The notes below the pieces were generated by a model. That model was not told the origin of the DNA. It did no database searches and saw nothing but the letters and a program-made list of their open reading frames with translations. Source: Paragordius varius (taxonomy: Eukaryota; Animalia; Nematomorpha). Taken from it: a stretch of 64,000 bases of DNA. Every line of letters begins with the position of its first letter. Within the stretch, counting starts at the first letter, position 1. Below, one piece after another: positions 40,777-53,660 of this stretch. The stretch is from NCBI GenBank assembly GCA_964247055.1, contig OZ176052.1, positions 8,246,001-8,310,000 of the forward strand, given 5' to 3'. The position numbers were made by a program, and so were the translations under genes.

Positions 40777-42189
40777 ACAAAAAAAGTATGATAAACGAAA
40801 TTTTTTTTAGCGCAAACATGACAAGTGTATGGCACTTATTTGATCATCTTTAACAATACATTTCAAAATCGTAATCTCATATTTAATAGTATCATTCTCA
40901 CAATATGCTATGAGCTTTGTGGCAGTTTTATTTTTAAAGCCAACAAATTAAATTCAAGGGGAATCGGGCCAAATGTAATCATAAAATGTCTGCATTTAAT
41001 TATTTTTGCTAACCAATCAAAAACATAATCAAATAGTAAATTATAAAGATTTTTAACGTTTTATATTACTTATGCATTTATTTTTTTATTTGAACAATGC
41101 TCTCTCTCATATATATATATTTATATATATGCACATTTGACTTCCTAAACCAATTTTATGTTAAAATTTTTAAATCGTATTTGTATTTAATAATTAATAC
41201 CCAGGTTTTTTTACCATCTATTAACGCATTCTGACAAAATTATATCGATTATTTAGCATCAATTTATACAAAACAAAATTATTCTACTACCAATCTACAA
41301 TATAAAATAATGTGATTTAACTGTTAATAATTATTAACCATTTGAAATAAAATTATACATCATTGAATGCAATAAATAATAATAAATCAATTTTCCCATT
41401 ATATTTTGACCAAGTGAGGGGGAAAATCAGATTTCAACCTTTTTAAACGGGGTAGGTACGACAGCATATGTTAAAATCTCCCTCCTCTTTTCAAAAATAC
41501 AATGTGTCAAATGAAACACATAATTTATTATTGAATCTTGTTTACGCTCAAATATTATTGTATTAATCGAGATTATTTAAATTTAGCAACAATTGAATTT
41601 TATAAACGCTAATCTTGATTACTACAGGTCATCATTGTCGAATATAAAAATAAGCAAAAATATAAAATAAAAATATACTAAATGAAAAATATGTTTTTTA
41701 GTTATTTCTTATTTAGTTATGTTTATTTTTGTATTTTTGTTTTATTTTACATTTAATAAAGATTACTGTAGTAATCAAAGATTTATGTTTTAAATATCCA
41801 TCAATTCCATTTATCATAATTTATATTTGTCACAAATGTTGTGAATGTATCTCCGACTAAATTATGTTTATCCAGTTCAGAGCTATTTTGTGTGATTTTT
41901 CTGTTTAGCTTCGTTGACGTATTATGGTTTAAATATAAAGCTTATAATATACATTAGGTGTCAAATTTTGGCTCTTCATTGAATATTTATTAGGGTTAAG
42001 TGAATTTTACATAATATGGCTAAATGATGATTTTAAAATGCTATAAAAGATTAAAATGCGCTCAAAAAGCTGATCATATCTAATATTTAACCATAACTTT
42101 TAATAGCATGTTGCAAAACGCTTTACTTTGTATATTAATATCAAATTAAAACACCTAATGAAACTCTAATATACCATTTTTCATGCAAA

Positions 42190-42510
42190 AACATCATTTT
42201 TTTCAACCAAATGCAACATTTTTTCAACCAAACTCAACATTTTTTCAAGCAAACGAAACATTTTTTCAAGCAAAGACAACATTTTTTCGAGCAAACGCAA
42301 CATTTTTTCAAGCAAAGACAACAATTTTTCAAGCAAACGCAACATTTTTTCAAGCAAACGCAACATTTTTTCAAGCAAAGACAACAATTTTTCAAGCAAA
42401 CGCAACATTTTTTCAAGCAAACGCAACATTTTTTCAACCAAAGACAACATTTTTTCATCCAAACGCAACATTTTTTTAACCAATGACAACATTTTTTTCA
42501 AGCAAAAACA
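42190..42510. repeat. 21-bp minisatellite array (inverted copy at about 44800-45030; degenerate copy at about 61915-61985)
   Basis: Unit approximately CAACATTTTTTCAAGCAAACG; it accounts for the overlapping heptad-repeat ORFs on both strands. Confidence 0.85.
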
Positions 42511-42724
42511 ACAGTTTTTTAAAATAAAAAACCATTTTTTTATTTTAAGACATAAATGTAAAGTTAATGTAAATTAATTTTAGACTAGAATTATGATTTT
42601 TATTGTTTTATCATCAATATTTGATGGTATGATTGATTTTCAAACATTTTAATTTAGCCCATAAATTGCATTATTTATTTATATTAATTATTTTTTTCTT
42701 TTACAACTTAAGTTTCACCTAATC

Positions 42725-44124
42725 CAGGGGTTCTGGTCGCGTAGCAAAATTATGGGGTCGAGTGATAAAAATACAATTTAACAAAAAATGTTTTTTAACT
42801 TGCAAAATTATTGTTATAAAAAAATAACAATTATCGTATATATATTATATCATCTGGTTCCGAAAAACTGTTTTACCAGCATTCCTCTTCCAAACATAGC
42901 TATTTCACATGTTTTAATGAAGATTGAAGAAAAGATTGTCTTTGGGAACGTCTTTGAAAAAACAATTATATTTGCTCTTCTAGTTTTAATTTGTCAGTGC
43001 CCTCTGTAATAAGATTTTAGTTTTCTTTTTATTCGGTAATTAATAATCAAAATAATCTGCAAAAAATTGTCGACACTGGAAAACATTCGAACGAATTTTT
43101 TTCGACCCTACTTTTCCAAGATCTTTTCAATAAAACTTTGAATTTGTTTCAAGTAAATATATCGCAATTTTTTCCTTGGAAAAACAAGTTAAGATCGTTT
43201 AACATCACAAAAATATCTGATCACAACTAATTTTGAAAAAAAGCACAAATACTTTTCGTTCAGTTAAGAATATTTCGATCTCGTCCTTTAACAACTATCT
43301 TCTTAAACTTTGACCTCTTGACAACCATCTTACTTCTCCATTTAGCATGGCTATTAATAAAATTTATAACCTTAACAGCATCCCGAAGCACATCGTTCGA
43401 TTCTGGGGCTATTTTTTTGCCGCATGAGCCTCTTGGTGAATAAGGCAATTAGTAAAAGTTATATGATCATAATGATCAGGTTGAAAATTCATTTAAAACC
43501 AATATTTTTGCCCGTTAACGCTCTGGCACCATCTGTGCATATTCCACAGCTATTTTTCCATTAAAATAAAAATCGTTAAATGCATTGGCAACTGGTATTT
43601 TATTAACACTAATACTTTCACCCATATAAAAATAAGTTTATTTAACTGGCTGGTGGTAGATCCAACAATATACGAGTAGATTGTAGAAAAAAATTTTAAA
43701 CTGACTAATTCGGAATAACATGCACTTAACAATCATACAATGGCTAAATAAATCAAAATGTTTATATAGTTTCTTTCAAATAACACTTAGAAATTTTGTT
43801 GATAATATTTATCAGGGCTATTTCGATTTTAAGAAATTGACAAAAATAAATCTACATTTTTTAATATTTCTATAACATCTCTGATTCATAATATATTCAT
43901 ACAATATATTATAATAATCGGAATATTTGTGCAAATTTTAATTTATGATTTTTTATGTTTCAAAACGAATTCTAAATTTATATATTTTCATATGCATATG
44001 TATATTGTTTTTTAATAAATATATCATCAAATATTAGTTTATTTTTCTTTTATATTTATTGGGGTCGCCAAGAAATTTGCGATCATAAATGGGGTCGCGA
44101 CTCACAAAAGTTTAAGAAGCCCTG
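42725..44124 (-). mobile_element. Decayed Buster-type hAT transposon, 1400 bp, nested in the foldback-like element
   Basis: CAGGGGTTCT...AGAAGCCCTG termini; perfect TSD ACCTAATC (42717-42724, 44125-44132); transposase remnants CGICTDGARALTGKNIGF and KKIAPESNDVLRDAVKVINFINSHA on the minus strand. Confidence 0.88.
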
Positions 44125-47100
44125 ACCTAATCAATCTATACTGCGCTTCAAGATTGTTCTTTTAAATTTAAACTTATTCCTAGAACACTTCAAGTTGATC
44201 CTTAAATATTTTAATTTTGATTCTAAATGAGGCAATAAAATATTCATTATTCAATCATTTAAACCTATTTTTTTTATTTAACCTAAACCTTTAAGTTACA
44301 TTTCTTTCATAAGAACCGTATATCCTTATTATTTTCTATAAATTAATATTAAAAAATATCTACGTTTTGTGGGTTATTGATGGTAATATTTAGTTTAAAA
44401 CAATAATAAATTTATAATATTGATAAATTAAAGAAAATTTTCAAACAAAGTTGTTTTACTATGAAAATATTAATTTTTATTCAAAAACTAAATAGAGATA
44501 TTAGTTTAAATTTAAAAAATAGATAATTACACACAAAAATAACGGTTGTATGGAAACTGCAAAAAATGTAAGGAATTTTAAGCGAAGGATAACTTTAAAT
44601 TTTTAAAGAGAGTCTTAAAGCGCAAATTGTATTGATTAATAAAAAAAATATTTATAATTAATATTGCAATTTATGGTACCATCAAATTTTGATGATAAAA
44701 CAATTAAAATCATAATTTTAGTCTAAAAATAATTTACATTAACTTCAAATTTTTATATGTCTTAAAATAAAAAAAATGGTTTTTTATTTTAAAAAAATGT
44801 TGTTTTTGCTTCAAAAAATGTTGTCATTGGTTGAAAAAATGTTGTCTTTGGTTAAATATTGCGTTTGGATGAAAAAATGTTGTCTTTGCTTGAAAAAATG
44901 TTGCGTTTGCTTAAAAAATTGTTGTCTTTGCTTGAAAAATTGTTGTTTTTGCTTGAAAAAATGTTGTCTTTGCTAGAAAAAATGTTGCGTTTGCTTGAAA
45001 AAATGTTGCATTTGGTTGAAAAAATGATGTTTTTGCATGAAAAATGGGCGAAGGTTTTTATTCTATACATATAAAATTATTAAGCGATTCGCCAAACATA
45101 CTTAATGCACACACTGACTATAGGTATAATAATTATCTTCATGGTCATTATATATGCGACGTTTTACGATTGGTTTTAAAATATACTTAGGCAGTTTTTT
45201 GGCAAAAAAAACTTTAGTATCAGCAGGGATAATACAAAAAAGTGATATTATGTGTTGGTGCATTCATACTAAAAAATTAAATATAAAGGTTCATATTCTA
45301 AATTATAAAAGCATATATTTTATTATATAGATTGATAATTTTTACGATATTTTAATATAAAATAACTCTAGGTTCCCCAAAAAATTAAAAAAGTGTAAGG
45401 CTCTACCACATTTATTAAAAACTAGCGCTAGATTTATACAGGAGATTCCTAAGAAGCATAATTAAAACGATATACAGGTGATTTCAGAGCTACTTGTGCC
45501 TCAATTTTGAGTGGCACGACAATTTAAATTTTTTTGGCAAGTTAAATTTTTGAAGGGGGAGGGGGGGAAGGTGTAAAATTTTTGTCAAAAAGCAAAAATT
45601 TTAAAGTGGTTCGCATAATTTTTTTTTATATTTATTATTTTTCATCACATTCATTTAACAATTTGTTTCCTTTGTAATCTAAAAATATTTAGGATACTAG
45701 CCACTGGTAAACCTTTTTGGTAATTATTTAGTGAAAGAGCCATATTTCTGAAAACCACAGTGTAATTTTTAAAATAGCAATACCCATATTATTGTGATAA
45801 ATTAGGTATTCGAAAACATTTACAAAGGTTCAAATATAGGTGAAACAAGAGTGCATTGTTGATCTTAATCTTTATTAAGACGTCCGATTTTATTATAATA
45901 CAATAAACGATTCCTCCTTAGCCCATACATATATTAATAATATATTATATTTAGAATTGCATAAACACAATTCAGCAGGAATATAAGTCGGGTAAATTAA
46001 GTTTTCAAAAAAATCAAAATCTCGATTAGAATTCATTGTGATATATTCTATATTTGTATTTTCATCAATGGAAAAATATAATTTTTGTTTACTTATTTTT
46101 GATCGCGCTGAACATAGTCGACTCACTTTTTTGATTTTAGCCCTCTTTTTACCCGAAAAATTTAGTTTTTGTCCATGCACATCCAATTTTTTGTTTTTAT
46201 TAGCACAATTTAACAGCAAATTTATCAATAAATATTTTTACCAGTTGTTTTATTAAATTTATATGAAAATAACACAGCTATATATATGTTTATAATATTA
46301 TTTAATACTTATGTTCTGATATTTAAATTAAATGTGGATCTTTGGTTTGAGGTCAAAAATGTGGCTCTTAGTTGGACACCCCTGTTTTATACTCTCATTA
46401 AGTGGGTATGATAATTCGTATTCATTTTTCTGATTTATTTATTTTTTGGCACAAACAAATTTTAGACTTTTTGGCATACAAACACATGTAACATACGCAC
46501 ATATTTATCATTTCTTAGAAATTCAAAATTTTTACCGTATCTTTGTGTATTCAAAATTAACACATTATGAAAGGTTATAATAAAGTTAATTCTTCTCACC
46601 AAAAATAAAAAATTTTAGTTCATAATATCATTTAATAAACCATACCAAAAATTGATGTAAAAATAGGAAAAGTACGTTTTTTGACTGCATCAGATTTCTA
46701 AATATCTGGTTATTATTTTAGAAACAGCTGGTTTAGAAAAAAAGTCATTTAATGGCGGGGAAGCCAAATAAAGGGGTTAATTAATAAAAATATTTATTTT
46801 CCTTTCCAAAACCGTTTTTATTGATATTCTAAAATAAACTACATCAATTTTATATTATGAAATTTTTTTATCCATTTTAAATTAATATTTATTTTTATTG
46901 CAATCAAAATTAAAAATTAATACTCCGATTTTGGGCAAAGTATTTGCACCTCATTATCTTTGGGATAGATCTATACCTCAGAACTATTTAAAATTTTAAT
47001 ATTAAAAGTATTAAAGGTATTGGGCTACGCTTTCTATAGCTTTTTAAGCTCTTGCCTAAAAAACGTCTTTTTAAAAAATATAAAATTGTTAAAAAAATCC

Positions 47101-47710
47101 TTATTGTAATTTTTTCAACTCCATTTTTTTCGGATTTTAGAGCGTTAAATGATCGCTTTTTGTATAAGGTATTGGCAAATCAAAACACCTCTTTTTCCAA
47201 TGTCATAGCATTGTGATCCGTAGTTGCTATTTGTTAGTTGGAAATTAGTTATGTCCCAAAGAGCGTTTTGTTATATTTTTGAGAAAGTTAGGGGTAGATA
47301 AGACAAAGTGTGTGGAGCTAGTGATATTTTAATGACTTTTTTAAAATCCTTATATGTGAATATTTACAAGTATTAGACGATATCAGACTTGTTTTAATTT
47401 GCCTGCATTTTTGGATATAATAGGAATCAGGGACCGGATGTTAAGATAAAATAAATCAACATAGGAAACATAAAATAATCGCCCTTTTCACACACCTGTT
47501 TTAAAAAATAGCTAAAAAATCCAAACCAATTATTTTGTTATCTATAAATCCACTCTCAACAAGGTTTTGCACCACCCATTTTTTACATTTTCTGTTACCT
47601 AATGGCATGGAAAGGCCAAAACAAAAAAAAATGAGGCCGCCAATAGGATTTTTTTAAAATTTAATTTTAATTTAATTTTAAAAAACAATTATTCCTCGTA
47701 TACATATATA

Positions 47711-50700
47711 TCATCATTCATCATTCATTTGTATGGGGATTCGCCATTAAATGACGGTACACCCGTTTTTCCCATTCTTCTCTTGATTTGGCTAATTCTA
47801 GATTTAAATTAAGCCATTTGAGGTCTTTAGTTATTGTGTTGAGACTTATGGTATGGCGTCGGCCGGATTTCGCTGGTCCAACCGAGTAATTTTTCATAGT
47901 TTTTAGAATGTGAGTATCTTGCCGTCTTTCAACATGTCCAGCCCATTGTAACCGGAGATTTCTGTTGACGTTGTTAATGGGGTTGAGATTGAGTATATGG
48001 TACGGGTTTATGGATTCGGTATAATTGAATTTAGAAGGATTGTGTGCGAATAATATTGTTTTCAATAATTTGGATTCAGCGTTTATGAGTTTGGATACAT
48101 TTGTTTTTGACATCGGCCAGGATTCGGATCCATATGTGAGGACGGGACGGATGGCTGTAGTGTAAATGGCACATTTAGTTTGTAGTTTGACGAATTTATT
48201 ATTTATTATTTATTTTAACGAATGGTATTTTTTCCACATTTGTGATATGCGATGTTTAATTGCATCTATTCCGCCACCGGCTGATATCATATCGCCCAAG
48301 TAGCAAAAACTGCTCACTGTTTCCATATTGAAAGGGTTGGGAATTGAGTTGATTGTTAAATTAATATTATTATTTAAACATGCCGAGCATTTGTAGTTTT
48401 TATCGTAATCTTTATAGATTTGAGACTACTACATTTTTTGTGTACCCATAGAAAACAAGAATTGCAGCGTAGGGAATTGGATTTAACTTCTTTTCTACAT
48501 ACGCTGCATGGGTTTTTAGCGGTGAGATTATCCATTAATTTGGTTTTTGAGAAATTGACTTTGACACCATAACTTTGTAAGGTGTCATTCCACAGACGAA
48601 TTTTCGCTATGAGATCGCTTTCGGATGTCGATGTTATTACGAAGTCATCGGCGTAAAGAATTTGGTGTGGCATGCCGGTTGCGATGTCTTTAGTTATTTC
48701 TTCCATAATGACATTGAAGAGGGTTGGGCTTAATATGGATCCTTGGTGGAGTCCATTTTTTATTGAAAAACTTTTACTTAGTCCAATCGGAGTTTTGATT
48801 TGGGCTCTGGTATTACGGTATAAGAGCATTATTGAGGTTATCAACCATTCGTCAATGCCTTGACGCCTAAGAGCCCATGGTATAAGATCTCTTGGGATGG
48901 CATCAAAGGCTCGTTCCATGTCAAGAAAAGCGTAGTATAAAGGATATTTTTGATGTATGCGCTTTGAAGTTGTCTTAGCGTGAATATGGCATCTATTGTA
49001 CTTTTATTTGGCCGGAACCCGCATTGCATTTCGTTTAAATTCAATTTGGACAGGATTTTGGAGAGAATAACTTTTTCATATATTTTCATAGTGTGATCTA
49101 ACAACTTTATTGGACGGTAGGATTTCGGCAGCAGAGGGTCTCCTTTTTTGTATATGGGAATGATATGGCTGTTTTCCCAGTCAGGGGGGATTTTTTCGTT
49201 TTTTATTATATTGTTGAATAAAGTTGTCAGGATAATCTGAGGGTCAGTCGGTTTAAGCATGTCGGCCGTGAGTTCTGAAGGGCCTTTTTATTTTTCATTT
49301 TGCATAAAGCGGTATGGATATCTGATTCAGTTAGGTTTTCAGCACAGTGAGTAGGTGTTGATGTAATAGGAGTAGTAATGGGGTTGTTAGGGTTTAAAAT
49401 TTCCGAAAAGTAGGTATGATAGCTGTTTTTAACAATAGCTGGATCATTTATTATTGTATTGTTTACTCTCATTGATTTTGGTGCGGATGTGTTATTATTA
49501 TTATTGCTTTTAGCCCATTTATATACAGTTTTGTTTTTAGTTTTTATATCGATTTCTTTCGCATACTTTAGCGCTTCTTCATTTTTGGCATTCCAGATAA
49601 TTTTTCGACATAAACTTTTGGATTCTAGATATAATTTTCTATTTAATGGTGTCTTTTCCTTGAACCAAATTTTATGTGCCAAATTTTTCTGTTTTATATG
49701 CTCTTTCACTTTATTATTCCACCAAAATTGATATTTTTTTTTGATGACCTTTATTTGATTTTTTCCTCCCCACCAGGCATTCAACTGTATGGATATTAGT
49801 GTTTTTTAAATTTACTCAAGTTGGGTCTAAAAGTAAAGTTTTTTTTATTTTTGAGTTATGAATGATTTAAATTTAGATGTTTTCTGCGCGTCATCTGTGA
49901 GTTTTTTATAGTTTAACACTTCGATTCAATTTGGGGTATCTAAATACCCCAGACCAAATTAACTTTAAAATTTTAAAAAAACTACTGAAGGAAACGGTCC
50001 TAATTTAAATTTATGCTTCTATCCCAATAAAAATTATATAAATAAGCTAAAATAAATATATAAAATTTCGTTTTGAAAAAAAAGTTCCATGTCAAACTAC
50101 TCCGACGCCATTTTGATTTTACAAAATTTTTTCAAAATATCGTCTTCATTTAATTTTAAGTGTTAAATTAAAGCTAATTTTTTATTTAAATTACATATTG
50201 ATAGAAATAGAAAAAGCGGTTTATTTAGTTTTATTTTTCAATTTTACCATTGCACACATGTGACATTGACTAAATTTTTACCTTTCGGTTTTAGCTTAAA
50301 ATAAGTAATATTAAATATTTTTGAATAAATTTTTTTATATATTTCGGTTTATTAATGTTATATAAGTGTAAAATTTTGCCATGGTTGCAATTCCTTTTTT
50401 AAAAAATTTAATTTTAAACAGGCCTGGGGTATTTAACTACCCCAATTTGAATCGAAGGACTAAAATGAATGTGTTGTATCCAAGTGTTAAACATCTTATG
50501 TCAGATTTTTTGATGATTCTGTCTTCTGGAGAATTTAATTTTAGATTTGCTATGGTTGATTCTAAGACTTTTGTGATTTAACTGTAGTTCGTATATTGTT
50601 TTAATATTGAAAAATTTTCTGTGATATTTCTTTGTCAAGAACAAATCAATCATAGACTTGTGGTTTAAAGTCTCATATCTCATATGTATAATAATGATTA

Positions 50701-51420
50701 TTCCGATTTTTTTAAAAAAGGTGTTTATTATAGATAAATCACTATTTTGTAAAAAGTCGATCAAACGTGATCCATTGTCATTTATATCGTCAGTTCCATA
50801 ACCTCCGTGAATATCTGCAATGTATTGCTTCCCAAAATGGCCATTAAGGTCACCCATTAAAATTAAAATTACATTATCAGGGATTAAAAGGAGATTTTCA
50901 TACAAAATATCGTAAAAGCCGGTTTTATGTTGGTTAGATAATCCATTTTGTGGAGCATAAATGGAGAAAAGATTAAATATTTTATCATGAAGTAAAATTT
51001 TAATGTGGAGAATTCGGTCATTTATATAGTTTATAGAAGTAATACTATCATTGTAATCATTATGTATAAGGAATCCAACTCCAGATGTCTTATTAATATT
51101 GTTGCCGGACCAATAGAGATAATAATTGAGAATCGATGTAGACCCGTTGTTTTTCCAGTGGCATTCCTGAAGAGCGCATATTGGTATATTGCGCTTTTGC
51201 AAAGCTAAAATGATTTCATAGGTTTTTCCATTTAAAGAATTAATAAAGCTCCCGAATTTTAGTTTGGTTGCGTTGAATTTGTCATAATTAGTGTTAGATG
51301 TTGTGATATTTGCTCCTTTACATTCCAGAATGTCCTTTCTTGCGAAATAACCCTTCTGATTGAGGGAAAGAGGCTTAGAATGGGATATTTAAGATAAATT
51401 ACAAATAAAAGAAAATTGAG
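47711..51420 (-). mobile_element. Near full-length, inactivated RTE-clade LINE (APE endonuclease + reverse transcriptase)
   Basis: Endonuclease: ICALQECHW, GVGFLI, IYAPQ, ILMGDLNG, SMIDLFL. RT: IPIYKKGD..SYRPIKLL, QCGFRP, AFD, GLHQGSILSPTLFN, LYADD, YLG, LTYGSESW, LQWAGHVERR. Frameshifts and stops are present. Short ATGA-type 3' tail; 5' end abuts (TA)n at 51425. Confidence 0.92.
49917..50486. mobile_element. TTAA-flanked piggyBac-like MITE inserted into the LINE
   Basis: TTAA at 49913-49916 and 50487-50490; inverted homologue of 10683-11257. Removing it restores the LINE frame RIIKKSDIRCL-NYKKLTDD. Confidence 0.85.
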
Positions 51421-51424
51421 GTAA

Positions 51425-51459
<35 letters not shown>

Positions 51460-51499
51460 AACGAGCAATTCAATACAAGTGGTATTACAAAGCCAAGTT

Positions 51500-52200
51500 T
51501 TTCATTATAATTTTAAAACGAAAATGCAAAAATGATCCAAATATGCCCCCAGTATAGGATACCACAAAAGAATTTTTATTAACGGAGATTCTACAGAAAA
51601 TGTTATTGATGATCTATATAATAGAACTTTAAAAAACGTCGTCGATCTCTTTATTAATATATAAACTGCCCGAAATTGCTGCTGGTTTGTTATCTTTTTT
51701 GCACGAGAAATACGTCTTATCGAGTGGGCTTGCTATTCAACAAAGATAGACAATATACAATAAATAAACATCAATAATTTGAATATGTTAATTTAAAATT
51801 TTATGTATTAAATAAAAGAGGATACAAAACTTTAAGAATAAAATTATATCACTAAGAACCAAAGAATATTAAAAATCAAAAATATTAAAAATCGAAAAGG
51901 ACTAATATATGGTGTGTGGTATGATATCCCGGCGTCTTGCACAAGCTCTGCAAAAATCCCCCATGCAACCTATAATCATGCCAGATATGGCAAAGTTATA
52001 CAATAATGAGGAGTAGAAGATACCCTTAATATAACGTAGTTAACTTTAACAAAATCAAAATTGAGATGTCAAATTAACCATACAGTATAGACTAAGACAG
52101 ATTTGACAATGTAATCGGAATAGAAGATTAGATAAAATTCATATATTGCGTTCATAATATGATAGGATCCTGGTACCAGGTAATAAAAGTGACTGAGCAA
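51500..52200 (-). pseudogene. Possible decayed rhodopsin-type GPCR-like pseudogene
   Basis: Hydrophobic fragments with stops and frameshifts: GSYHIMNAIYEFYLIFYSDYIVKSVLVYTVWLI* (TM3-TM4-like) and LLMFIYCILSIFVE*QAHSIRRISRAKKITNQQQFRAVYILI (TM5-ICL3-TM6-like). Pattern recognition only. Confidence 0.3.
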
Positions 52201-52829
52201 CAACCACCTAAAATTCAAAATATTAATAGCCAATCATTTTGAAAATAAATAACATCCTCTAGGTATATACAGGATTTTTGTAAGAATTAACCGAAGAGAA
52301 AAATCTTAGTAAGTACTAAAAATAAGCAATACTAACATAACGAATATAACCGATCTGAAAGCCGAATTTTAGTATTTTTTTTAAAAATAAATTCATACGT
52401 GTTTAAAATTACCTTAAAAAATCTAAATTTTGACCGTACTATTTTTTTTCTCCCTGATATTTAAATGACACATTCAAAAGATAGAGTTTTGCTTTATTAA
52501 ATGTATTAATTTTATAATATAATAAATAACTTTTTATTATAAAGTTTTTTTTTTCGATTTTCTCTTGTTAAAAAGTGAAAAACTCATGATATCGCAAAAT
52601 TGAACATTGAAATTAGTCATAATTCATATGATAGGTGGTCCTCAAAAATGTCCAAATTTGTCGATGAGTATATATAAAAAATGTAAAATAATAATATTTT
52701 AGGCAATTACTACATAGTTATCAAATAGGAAATCTGTAAATTATAGAGTTTTGTTTTTAATATACATTAACAAAGAGTCGCTGGAAGCGACATGTTACGC
52801 AGCCTTTATCTAAAATTTAACATCTATAT

Positions 52830-53660
52830 ATTTATAAAAAAAATGCTGGCTTTGTGATCTGGTACCGGAAAACCGGTAGACCCATTCAAATTCAAACTAT
52901 AATCATTAATGAATGCCCCGACAATAGCTTCGCCCTTTTTTTGAAATAGGCCTCCAGTTCGGGCCCACCCCGTGTGAAAAACGGTTTTTATTTTGAAAAC
53001 AAAAGTCCACAAAAATCGTGTCTTTGAGATAATTTTCTGGAGAACGTGTTGGACCATTCGATTTCAAATATGATTTTTGTTTACTTATTTTCGATTTTTT
53101 GATTTAGGCCCTCTTTTTACCCGCTCTCCCCGTAAAATGCCATTTTTTTCAAAAAACAAAGTCCACAAAAATAATTTTATGATTCTATTTTTCGCCCAGG
53201 GTATGAGACCGTAAAAATTCAATATGGATTACATGTATTCCCTGTTAAAAGGCAAAAATTTTAGTCGAGCGTTTCTTTGATGATAGCTGCTGGGTAAGGA
53301 GCTACCCGCTAAAAATTGATTCCTCATGTAACTTTCTGATCTGTTTCCGGAAAACCGGTGAACCCAATCAAATCCAAATATGGAAAAAATGTAATCATTA
53401 ATAAATTTCCCGACAATAGCTTCGCCCTTTTTTGGAATTAGGCCCCCAGTTTGGGCCTATCCCGTGTAAAAAACAGGTTGAAACAATTTTCCGGAGAACG
53501 TGTTGGACCATTCAATTTCAAATATGATTTTTGTTTACTTATTTTTGATCGAGCCGAACATAGTCGACCCACATTTTTGATTAAGGTTCTCTTTTTACCC
53601 GCTACCCCCGTAAAATGCCATTTTTTTCAAAAACAAAGTCCACAAAAATAATTTTTCCAA
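52830..53660. repeat. Two tandem units of about 490 bp from a dispersed repeat family
   Basis: GACAATAGCTTCGCCCTTTTTT at about 52920 and 53411; shared GAGAACGTGTTGGACCATT; related pieces at about 46075-46200 and 23370. Confidence 0.7.

Larger units (their letters stand above)
42174..45048. mobile_element. Foldback-like element with long inverted arms built partly from 21-bp tandem repeats
   Basis: About 42174-42695 is the reverse complement of about 44635-45048, including unique flanking sequence and the (TTTTTTCAAGCAAACGCAACA)n array. No TSD found. Confidence 0.65.

Noticed and set aside
42181-45074. Overlapping ORFs with heptad repeats (LLEKMLR, QANATFF, KKCCVCL)
   Set aside because: By-products of a stop-poor 21-bp minisatellite open in several frames on both strands; no splice or start context and no non-repetitive coding sequence.
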